A DNA stretch of 32,000 bases from Candidatus Saccharimonadota bacterium (lineage in GTDB: Bacteria > Patescibacteriota > Saccharimonadia > Saccharimonadales > Saccharimonadaceae): NCBI GenBank assembly GCA_016700015.1, contig CP064995.1:810001-842000 (forward strand), given 5' to 3'. Position 1 is the stretch's first letter. Every line of letters begins with the position of its first letter. A model generated the notes under the pieces. It searched no databases. It worked only from the letters and a program-made list of their open reading frames with translations, and was not told where the DNA came from. Made by a program: the position numbers and the translations under genes. This document shows positions 6,366-13,027 of the stretch, in pieces.

Positions 6366-6860
6366 CTACAGATCGTTGACGTTCGTCACCTCACCGCGGG
6401 GCAGTGAGATGACGTCACCATTGGCTCGTACGGTGACCATCCCTGGTAGCTGCTCGGCCTGTGCCTCGTTCATGACGCGAATGCGGAACACCCGGCCCAC
6501 CATGAATGGCGGCGGGTCGTAGGCTTCCACCATCTGCACCTCGAAAGGCCGACTGGCGATGAGCGCGTCGAGTTCGGCGATGCGCGGATCGTCGTCGCCA
6601 CACTCGGCGAGTGCCTCCAACCGCGCGGCGATGTCCGGGTCGAGCACCTCGAGCCCGCCCATCAGCCACAGGGTGTAGCTGGCAGTGACCAGGACGTAGT
6701 CGTCAACACGCGACAGACCGAAGTGGTCGTCCAGAGCGATGAGGGCTGCGAGCGTTGTCGCTGGCTCCTCGTCGAACCTGTTGGTGCCGACCTGTTCAGC
6801 CGCCGCACCCAGCGCGTCGACAAGCCCGTGGCCGAACACTAGGTCATTGGTTGATGCCAT
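6366..6860 (-). CDS. hypothetical protein (acidic, high-GC codon usage)
   Basis: A 164-aa ORF with its own promoter (6905-6933) and terminator. My hand count of 6361-6480 is 73/120 G+C (about 61%). I recognise no family. Confidence 0.7.
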   Translation of the reverse strand: MASTNDLVFGHGLVDALGAAAEQVGTNRFDEEPATTLAALIALDDHFGLSRVDDYVLVTASYTLWLMGGLEVLDPDIAARLEALAECGDDDPRIAELDALIASRPFEVQMVEAYDPPPFMVGRVFRIRVMNEAQAEQLPGMVTVRANGDVISLPRGEVTNVNDL

Positions 6861-6904
6861 TGAAATACACCTGCCTTCTGAATTGTAGGGGGTACTAAAG
6901 CAGT

Positions 6905-6933
6905 ATTATGACAAATTTACACGTATATGTCAA
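6905..6933 (-). promoter_or_regulatory. sigma70-type promoter (TTGACA-17-CATAAT) for 6366..6860
   Basis: On the minus strand, TTGACA is at 6933-6928 and CATAAT at 6910-6905, with a 17-nt spacer. Confidence 0.6.
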
Positions 6934-6934
6934 C

Positions 6935-7459
6935 CTATAGCTGCAACGCGACGCGATACGCAGCCTCTTCAAGCAGCATCTCACGAGTTATTCTACCGTC
7001 AGTCACGAGTGGGTACGGGTCTTTCAGCTCACTGCCGTAGCGCTGCTGCATCATGACGCCAAAATCTGGATACACGGCTGGTACAAGCTCGGCAATTTCA
7101 GGTGGAAACTCCACGTCAACATCGAGCCCCATTTTGCGTACACCGCCCATCTGCTCGATAATCACGATCGAAAGCCCTCGAAATCCGAGCGCCTCGTGGA
7201 GCGTATCATTGCCACTCTCGATCGTCGCTAAATACTCACCTGCTGTAGCGCCAGCAATCTCATGTAGTTGAGCGTGGCGATTCAGTGCGCCACGGATTGT
7301 TTCATCGAGGCTGAGCGGCTGCTCATTAACTCCGCTTTTCGTTGTATAGCCCACAACATCAACTGAATGTCCGGCCCGCTCCATGGCATGCTGCAGCGCA
7401 CCAAGCTTGATTGGGCTCTGGCTACTCACATGTAGGCGACGGTGATGACGCTCGGCCAT
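6935..7459 (-). CDS. inosine/xanthosine triphosphatase (YjjX/DUF84-family non-canonical purine NTP phosphatase)
   Basis: A 174-aa ORF. VSSQSPIKLGALQHAM ... VGYTTKSGVNEQPLSLDETIRGALNRH parallels the YjjX pattern (TTNPAK..A ... VESGVPEQPFG.EET..GA.NR). It starts 4 nt after the nrdB stop, so it is in the same operon. Confidence 0.8.
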   Translation of the reverse strand: MAERHHRRLHVSSQSPIKLGALQHAMERAGHSVDVVGYTTKSGVNEQPLSLDETIRGALNRHAQLHEIAGATAGEYLATIESGNDTLHEALGFRGLSIVIIEQMGGVRKMGLDVDVEFPPEIAELVPAVYPDFGVMMQQRYGSELKDPYPLVTDGRITREMLLEEAAYRVALQL

Positions 7460-7463
7460 CTCG

Positions 7464-8510
7464 CTATTTGTCGTCGTTTTCGGTTGGTTCTTCTTCGGTG
7501 CCGTCGGTCGTCGCTTTGAGCTTGGCTTCGGCGTTACCCGCGTTTACTTCGTAGCTGGTGTTGGTACTTTCGAAAAAGTTGACGAGTTCGTAGGTGTCAT
7601 TCGCGGTTGCCATCCACTTAGCGGGATTGCTCACATTGTAGTGCGGCTCGAAACCCAACTCTTCCAGGCGTCGATCGGTCAGGTATTTTACGTACTGATT
7701 AATATAGTCGGCATTGAGGCCTAGAATACCGTTTGGTAGTAGCGCCTTGTTGTATTCTTCTTCCATAGCCACGCCGTCAAGAATCATTTGCTTAATCTCT
7801 TCGGCAAATGCTGGGTCCTGTAGGTCCTCGTTTTCTTCAATAACCGTAAGAATGAGATTGATGCCAAATTTGAGGTGTAGACTCTCGTCACGCACAATCC
7901 AGTCAATCAGACTACCAAAGTTTCGAAGCAGATTTCGTTGTCGGAACGACAATGCAACCATAAAGCCAGAGTAGAACCAAATACCTTCAAGGATGATATT
8001 GTAGGCGATGAGGTTGCGGATGAAGTCTTTTTTGCCCTCTGTTGTCGTGATATCCATCGTGTCTTCGGTCATACGCTTGATATATTTGGTCTCAAACTCT
8101 TCTTTGATGGCCATCACCTTTTCATCAACATGAGCGCTATAAGCTTTTTCGCGGTCAATTGGAAAGGTATCAAGTACGTACTCAAAGGCCATACAGTGGT
8201 TGGCCTCTTCCCACATTTGCTTTGCAAGGTATAGGTGACACTCGGCGGCATTGACGTAGGGGTAGACGCCAAATGCTAGTGCTTTGTTGACCAGCAGCTC
8301 GTTAGGGTTGAAATAGCTCATGAGGAACGTCACCGCGTGGCGCTCTTCTTCGGTCATCTTTTCCCAGTCTGCAAGGTCTTGTGCCAACTGAATCTCGTTG
8401 GGGAACCACGTGTTGGCAACCGCTTGGTCATACAAATCCATCGCCCATTGGTAGTGGATTGGCTTGAGTAACAAGCCGTCTTGGATACCAGCGCCTAGTA
8501 TCTTTCCCAT
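7464..8510 (-). CDS. nrdB: ribonucleotide reductase small subunit, class Ic-like (R2c: Phe at the radical-Tyr position)
   Basis: A 348-aa ORF preceded by AAAGGAGG. The ferritin-like motifs are WEEANHCMAFEYV (E-x-x-H then F at +4), YNIILEGIWFYSGF and VRDESLHLKFG. It aligns closely by eye with Chlamydia R2c (FEEAVHTHTFLYI; YYIIMEGIFFYSGF; LRDETIHLNFG). Confidence 0.92.
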   Translation of the reverse strand: MGKILGAGIQDGLLLKPIHYQWAMDLYDQAVANTWFPNEIQLAQDLADWEKMTEEERHAVTFLMSYFNPNELLVNKALAFGVYPYVNAAECHLYLAKQMWEEANHCMAFEYVLDTFPIDREKAYSAHVDEKVMAIKEEFETKYIKRMTEDTMDITTTEGKKDFIRNLIAYNIILEGIWFYSGFMVALSFRQRNLLRNFGSLIDWIVRDESLHLKFGINLILTVIEENEDLQDPAFAEEIKQMILDGVAMEEEYNKALLPNGILGLNADYINQYVKYLTDRRLEELGFEPHYNVSNPAKWMATANDTYELVNFFESTNTSYEVNAGNAEAKLKATTDGTEEEPTENDDK

Positions 8511-8599
8511 AGTATTCCTCCTTTATCAATTCGTATTAGTATCTCGATAGTACTATTATGTCATATTTATGGGACCCTTGGTAGTATGGTCCGCGTTTG

Positions 8600-8794
8600 C
8601 TAGCAAGCATGCTCGAGCGCATCCCCTGCCTCGGCATACCGGACATAGTGGAAGCCGAGGCGACGAAAGGCTTCTTTCAGTACCTCTTCGGTCGTTGGTT
8701 GGTCTTCCGGTGTTGCCACGATGTGCGTACCGTAGTCAGCGAAGGTATGGCCAGGATACTGCACTGCAAGCAGTGCCCGTTGTTCAGGAGTCAT
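8600..8794 (-). CDS. small hypothetical protein (64 aa) inside the nrd operon
   Basis: The ORF-track entry is preceded by GGGGGAG about 8 nt upstream. It lies between nrdA and nrdB on the same strand. The product is MTPEQRALLAVQYPGHTFADYGTHIVATPEDQPTTEEVLKEAFRRLGFHYVRYAEAGDALEHAC. Confidence 0.55.
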   Translation of the reverse strand: MTPEQRALLAVQYPGHTFADYGTHIVATPEDQPTTEEVLKEAFRRLGFHYVRYAEAGDALEHAC

Positions 8795-8807
8795 CCCTAC
8801 ACTCCCC

Positions 8808-8981
8808 CTACTGGCAACCGTCGCACATGGTCAGGTCGGCTGGATCGATCGGTGCTGCAACCTCGCCACGTGCAGTTGCCGCTTCATTGGCAGCTGTTTG
8901 AGCCTGCTCCATAGCATCGCTGATTGCCTGCAGTTTTTCTTCGAGTGTCATGGTGTCATTGATGATAGTAGATGCGTTCAT
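8808..8981 (-). CDS. small hypothetical protein (57 aa) ending in a CxxC tail (..DLTMCDGCQ), immediately after nrdA
   Basis: My own translation; the ORF is below the 60-aa cutoff of the track. The sequence is MNASTIINDTMTLEEKLQAISDAMEQAQTAANEAATARGEVAAPIDPADLTMCDGCQ. A strong RBS TAGGAGGGGAT precedes ATG 8981 and overlaps the nrdA stop. Confidence 0.5.
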   Translation of the reverse strand: MNASTIINDTMTLEEKLQAISDAMEQAQTAANEAATARGEVAAPIDPADLTMCDGCQ

Positions 8982-8989
8982 ATCCCCTC

Positions 8990-11398
8990 CTATACGCTTT
9001 GTTTCTTTGCGAAGCCAAACCCAGCCTTGCGGGCGCCGCCAGCGGCCAATGCTTCTGCTTTATTAACTTTTGTGGTACTCTGCTCCGCCTGATGACGTGG
9101 TTTCATATGTAGGTAATACGTGGTTTTGAGCCCGCGTAGCCACCCCTCCATATAGACCGTTTCCATGTCATCAATGCTGCGTGATTCAAGATACATATTG
9201 CGGCTGATTGCTTGGTCAACCCACTTCTGTGCCCGAGCCGCCACTTCGATAAAGGCAAACGGGCTAAGCTGGAAGCAAGTCTTGTAAACATCTTTCAAAT
9301 GCTGGGGAATTTGCTCGATATTCGTCAGGTCGCCCTGCTCCACCAGCAAACGCTCTTTCACGTCATCCCATATGCCGAGTGCTTTTAGGTCGCGCACAAG
9401 GTTGGTGTTCACTTCAAGGAATTTACCATTCAGCGTGCTGCGGCTAAATATCTGGCCAAACTGTGGGTCAATCCCCGGAGTAGTGCCGGCCACGTGAGCG
9501 ATATTGGCCGTTGGCGCAATCGCCATCAGCGTGGCGTTGCGCATACCCTTAGTCGTCTTCTTGCGTAGCAATTCCCAATCAAGGCGTTTTTTGCGCGTGA
9601 GCTTTACCTTCACTTTGCGGTCTTTTTCGTGCTTGTCGAGGCTATCGACAGGCAGTTCGCCCTTGCTCCAGCCGCTGCCTTTAAAGTCTGGGTAGGCACC
9701 GCGGGTTTTTGCAAGATTAGCCGACTCATCAATCGCATAGTAGCTAATGTATTCTGCCATCTGATCCATCAGGTCGTAGGCTTCTTCGGATTCATAGCTG
9801 TAGCCCATCTTTTCGACGACATCGGTGAAGCCCATAATGCCAAGGCCAAGGGCCCGTGTGGTCTTAATGCTATGAATCGCTTCTGGAATAGGCGTATCGG
9901 TAACATCGCACAGGTTATCGAGTTGGCGTATCGCACTGCGTGCCGCGAGTTCTAGCCGTTTCCAGTCCCACTCTTTTTTCTCCACGTCCAAAAACGCACT
10001 TAGGTTGATGCTCACAAGGTTGCACACCGATATATTGTCTTTGTCATTGGGCAGCGTAATCTCGGTACACAGGTTTGACGAGTGAATAGTGCTGACATTG
10101 TTGTTGAGTGCTCGCACGTTGATACTATCTTTCCAGGTAATCCACGGATGGCTACTCGCCTGCAGGCGAATGAGGATTTGCCGCCACTGCTGCCGCGCCG
10201 GTACTTTGTCGAACACGCGCAGCTTGCCCGCTTCGGCCAGTTTCACATACTCACTGTAGCGTGCACTAAAGGCTGCACCGTAGAGTTCGCTCAGGTCAGC
10301 TGTTTCAGCAGGATCAAACATATACCAGTCCTGCTCTTTTTGCACTCGTTTCATGAACTCGTCGCTGATATACACGGCGATGTTGGCAAATCTTGTGCGG
10401 TAGTACGGGTCACCGTTGTTTTCGCGCAAATCCATAAATGCCGGGAAATTAAGATGCCAGTTTTCCATGTAGATCGCGGCTGCGCCGGCTTTTTTGCCTT
10501 TGCGACTGACCGCAAACAGCGCGGTATCGATCATTTTCATGAACGGTAGCGGACCGGTACTCACCGTATTGGTGGTTTTGACCGGGCTACCAGCCGCACG
10601 GAGCTTGTTCATACTAATACCAATCCCACCGGTACCCTTGGCAATCCACATGGTGTCGCGAATGCTTTTAGCGATACTCTCCATATCGTCTTCGACATCA
10701 ATTACAAAGCAGTTAGAAAGCTGCGGGAAGCTGCCGCCCGCGTTAACCCGCGTGCTGCCGCCAGGCAGGTAGTCTAGATTGCTCATGTGCTTGTAAAAAT
10801 CGAGCGCTGCTTTGGTAGGGTTTTTCTCGTTGAAACTGAGCCCCATCGCAATCCGCATATGAGTAAACTGCGGCGTTTCGAGTGGTTCACCGTTTTGCTT
10901 ACGCAGCGCATAGCGGTTTTTGTTGGTGATGACGCCGAGGTACTTGCTCAGCTTGTCTTTTTCGGGGTCGAGCGCGTCGCCAAGTGCTTTCAGGTCAAAC
11001 AGCTTGCTGTCGGCCATCCGCTTGTCAAGCAAGCCATCCTTCACCGCCTGCTTAATATAGCGAGGAAAATGACTGGCGTGCAGCTTTTTCAGCTCAGCAT
11101 CGTCGGTATAGTCGCCCAGAATATTCTTATAAATGTTTTTCAGCAGCAAACGCGCAGCAATGGTATCAAAGTCTGGGTCGTCTTTTACGTTTTGCAGCGC
11201 AGTGTGAATCACCGCTTCGTCGAGCTCTTCGCTCGTAATTCCGTCAAATAATGTCAGTTGCAACTCTGTCGCTACCTGCACTACTTTTTGTATTTGATCA
11301 GGCAAACCCTCGCTTGCTCGTACAAGCGCCAGGTTTATCTTGTTGGCGTCAAATGGTTCGCGGGTGCCATCGCGTTTCACCACTTGGATGTTTGTCAT
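8990..11398 (-). CDS. nrdA: ribonucleotide reductase large subunit, class I, with N-terminal ATP-cone
   Basis: An 802-aa ORF. The ATP-cone is VVKRDGTREPFDANKINLAL. The active-site motifs LSNCFVI and SSNLCTEITLP and the radical-transfer pair TTYYLH are present. The last 40 aa contain no cysteine. Confidence 0.95.
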   Translation of the reverse strand: MTNIQVVKRDGTREPFDANKINLALVRASEGLPDQIQKVVQVATELQLTLFDGITSEELDEAVIHTALQNVKDDPDFDTIAARLLLKNIYKNILGDYTDDAELKKLHASHFPRYIKQAVKDGLLDKRMADSKLFDLKALGDALDPEKDKLSKYLGVITNKNRYALRKQNGEPLETPQFTHMRIAMGLSFNEKNPTKAALDFYKHMSNLDYLPGGSTRVNAGGSFPQLSNCFVIDVEDDMESIAKSIRDTMWIAKGTGGIGISMNKLRAAGSPVKTTNTVSTGPLPFMKMIDTALFAVSRKGKKAGAAAIYMENWHLNFPAFMDLRENNGDPYYRTRFANIAVYISDEFMKRVQKEQDWYMFDPAETADLSELYGAAFSARYSEYVKLAEAGKLRVFDKVPARQQWRQILIRLQASSHPWITWKDSINVRALNNNVSTIHSSNLCTEITLPNDKDNISVCNLVSINLSAFLDVEKKEWDWKRLELAARSAIRQLDNLCDVTDTPIPEAIHSIKTTRALGLGIMGFTDVVEKMGYSYESEEAYDLMDQMAEYISYYAIDESANLAKTRGAYPDFKGSGWSKGELPVDSLDKHEKDRKVKVKLTRKKRLDWELLRKKTTKGMRNATLMAIAPTANIAHVAGTTPGIDPQFGQIFSRSTLNGKFLEVNTNLVRDLKALGIWDDVKERLLVEQGDLTNIEQIPQHLKDVYKTCFQLSPFAFIEVAARAQKWVDQAISRNMYLESRSIDDMETVYMEGWLRGLKTTYYLHMKPRHQAEQSTTKVNKAEALAAGGARKAGFGFAKKQSV

Positions 11399-11548
11399 AT
11401 GCCCTGTCCTTTATGTTATGTTAGTACCCTCGCTCGATAGCCACGTCCACCTCCCTCAAAGTGTCCTAGCACACCACAAGAATAGCTACCACTAGTGTGG
11501 TGAGCTAGCTCTACGATAATCTTGCGGTGGTGTCTATTTTGCTGAACT

Positions 11549-11564
11549 ACTACATATGTAGTGT
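11549..11564. promoter_or_regulatory. NrdR-box-like palindrome (ACTACATATGTAGTGT) just downstream of the nrdA -10
   Basis: Contains the perfect 14-bp palindrome ACTACATATGTAGT. It matches about 12/16 of the NrdR-box consensus as I recall it (acaCwAtATaTwGtgt). Confidence 0.6.
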
Positions 11565-11573
11565 CTGTATAGA

Positions 11574-11602
11574 ATAATATGCGCTATATATGGAGATTTC
11601 AA
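11574..11602 (-). promoter_or_regulatory. nrdA promoter (TTGAAA-17-TATTAT)
   Basis: On the minus strand, TTGAAA is at 11602-11597, the spacer is TCTCCATATATAGCGCA, and TATTAT is at 11579-11574. The spacer contains a second NrdR-like box. Confidence 0.6.
11581..11596. promoter_or_regulatory. NrdR-box-like element (minus strand tctCCATATATAGCGc) in the nrdA promoter spacer
   Basis: The core CATATATAG is present. Its centre is 32 bp from the centre of the 11549-11564 box, the usual tandem NrdR-box spacing. Confidence 0.5.
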
Positions 11603-11638
11603 GTATTTTGGCTATGTTTTTTTCGCAACGCCTTACGC

Positions 11639-11654
11639 CAACACCTTATAGTGT
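11639..11654. promoter_or_regulatory. NrdR-box-like half-conserved element (caACACcttATAGTGT)
   Basis: The right half TATAGTGT is conserved and is followed by CTATGG, as in the other boxes. It is the upstream member of a second pair. Confidence 0.4.
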
Positions 11655-11671
11655 CTATGGTAATTTTTACT

Positions 11672-11687
11672 ACGCTATATGTAGCGT
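11672..11687. promoter_or_regulatory. NrdR-box-like palindrome (ACGCTATATGTAGCGT)
   Basis: A 6+4+6 near-palindrome matching about 13/16 of the consensus. Its centre is 33 bp from the 11639-11654 element. Confidence 0.5.
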
Positions 11688-11735
11688 CTATGTCACTGAA
11701 AGAAATAACATATTTATACTTCACTGAGAATAGTA

Positions 11736-11764
11736 TTGACTAACACTGAAAAAAATGTTAATAT
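11736..11764 (+). promoter_or_regulatory. sigma70-type promoter (TTGACT-17-TAATAT) for 11812..12219
   Basis: TTGACT at 11736-11741, a 17-nt spacer, and TAATAT at 11759-11764. AAGGAG lies 6 nt before ATG 11812. Confidence 0.65.
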
Positions 11765-11811
11765 AAATTTTAGCACCCCGCCTGGGGAGTTCCTTCTACC
11801 AAGGAGTCCGC

Positions 11812-12219
11812 ATGTTTCGTGTCGTTATCAACATCCTCATCAAAGCGACCGTCATCTTCGGCCTCAACACGTGGGGCTGGGTCCACTTCCGGTTCAACGG
11901 CGCGGAACTTACCACTCCCGGAGGCTACATTCTGTACGCGCTTGGGTTCGGTCTCATCTTCGCTCTTGTCGGAGCGGTGGTGCGGCTGGTCATGGGCTTC
12001 CTCACTGCCGGCATCGGTCTGGTGACCGCTGGCATCGGCGCCCTTCTGCTACTGCCCGTGCTGATGTTCGGTCTCAACGCCCTCACCCTGTGGATCTTCA
12101 GTGGCTGGCTCCCCTCTTGGGTGACCCTCGCCGGCTTCTGGCCGACAGTCGGCGCTGGCCTTCTGCTCGGACTGATGATCCCCGCCACCAAGCAGGGTTC
12201 CAGCAGCTCGCGCTACTGA
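11812..12219 (+). CDS. phage holin family 4 / YvlD-like small membrane protein
   Basis: A 135-aa ORF with an AAGGAG RBS and four hydrophobic segments. FGLNALTLWIFSGWLPSWVTLAGFWPTVGAGLLLGL parallels the YvlD-type FVINAFMLWLVS..VPGF...GFW....GA pattern. G+C is about 62% (37/60 in 11941-12000). Confidence 0.7.
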   Translation: MFRVVINILIKATVIFGLNTWGWVHFRFNGAELTTPGGYILYALGFGLIFALVGAVVRLVMGFLTAGIGLVTAGIGALLLLPVLMFGLNALTLWIFSGWLPSWVTLAGFWPTVGAGLLLGLMIPATKQGSSSSRY

Positions 12220-12232
12220 ACTCCCCGCACCG

Positions 12233-12269
12233 CCCCAGCCCGCACCCGCGGGCTGGGGCCTACTTTTTA
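12233..12269 (+). terminator. intrinsic terminator after the holin-like gene
   Basis: CCCCAGCCCGC-accc-GCGGGCTGGGG forms a perfect 11-bp stem at 12233-12258. It is followed by CCTACTTTTTA. Confidence 0.75.
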
Positions 12270-12290
12270 TGTGGTGGTACACTAGGGTAT

Positions 12291-13025
12291 ATGGACGACA
12301 TTATTACAATCAAAAACTTCGCTATGCGATTTGGGGACACCGAGGTGATCAAAGACCTCAGTTTTACTGTCAAGCGCGGCGAAACGTTTGGGCTGCTTGG
12401 TAGCAACGGCAGCGGCAAGACAACCACTATCAGGGCGCTTCTAGGAATTTATATCCCCACAGCTGGCGAACTACTTATTGATGGCGCACCTTACTCGGTG
12501 AGCGAAGGGGTAAAGCTTGGCTATCTGCCGGAAGAGCGCGGACTATACAAGAAGGAGTCGGTTATCGACACAATGGTTTATTTTGGGCAACTCAAAGGCC
12601 TAAAGCGCGACGAAGCCAGACGCCAATCGATGGACTTCTTACAGCGCGTCAAACTAGAAGATAAGGCAAAGATACGTCTCGACAAACTGAGCGGTGGTCA
12701 GCAGCAAAAGATCCAGCTCGGCATCACCGTGCTCGGAAACCCTGAACTACTCATTCTCGACGAACCGACCAAAGGCTTCGACCCCGTCAACCGCCGGTTG
12801 CTTATGAGCATTATCGAAGATCATCAGAGAAAGGGCGCAACCGTCGTGATGATCACTCACCAGATGGAAGAGGTTGAACAGCTCTGTGATCGTATCTTAC
12901 TACTCAAAGATGGAGTCGCCCGCGCCTATGGCACGGTGAGCGATGTCAAGAAGAAATTTGGTGGCAAATCACTTGACGACATATTTGTGCGAGTGTACGG
13001 CGACGAAAATGAGGAGGAGGTATAG
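12291..13025 (+). CDS. ABC transporter ATP-binding protein (ABC-2/NatA-like)
   Basis: I use the internal ATG 12291 of ORF 11736..13025. The motifs are Walker A GSNGSGKTTT, signature LSGGQQQKIQL and Walker B LILDEPTKGFD. The upstream part of the long ORF is an out-of-frame read across the holin-like gene and its terminator. Confidence 0.9.
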   Translation: MDDIITIKNFAMRFGDTEVIKDLSFTVKRGETFGLLGSNGSGKTTTIRALLGIYIPTAGELLIDGAPYSVSEGVKLGYLPEERGLYKKESVIDTMVYFGQLKGLKRDEARRQSMDFLQRVKLEDKAKIRLDKLSGGQQQKIQLGITVLGNPELLILDEPTKGFDPVNRRLLMSIIEDHQRKGATVVMITHQMEEVEQLCDRILLLKDGVARAYGTVSDVKKKFGGKSLDDIFVRVYGDENEEEV

Positions 13026-13027
13026 TG

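Noticed and set aside
11736-12290. N-terminal 185 aa of the 429-aa track ORF 11736..13025 (TTG start)
   Set aside because: It is an alternative-frame read across the holin-like gene and its perfect terminator, with an Arg/Pro/His-rich junk translation. The ABC ATPase begins at ATG 12291 (MDDIITIKNF...).
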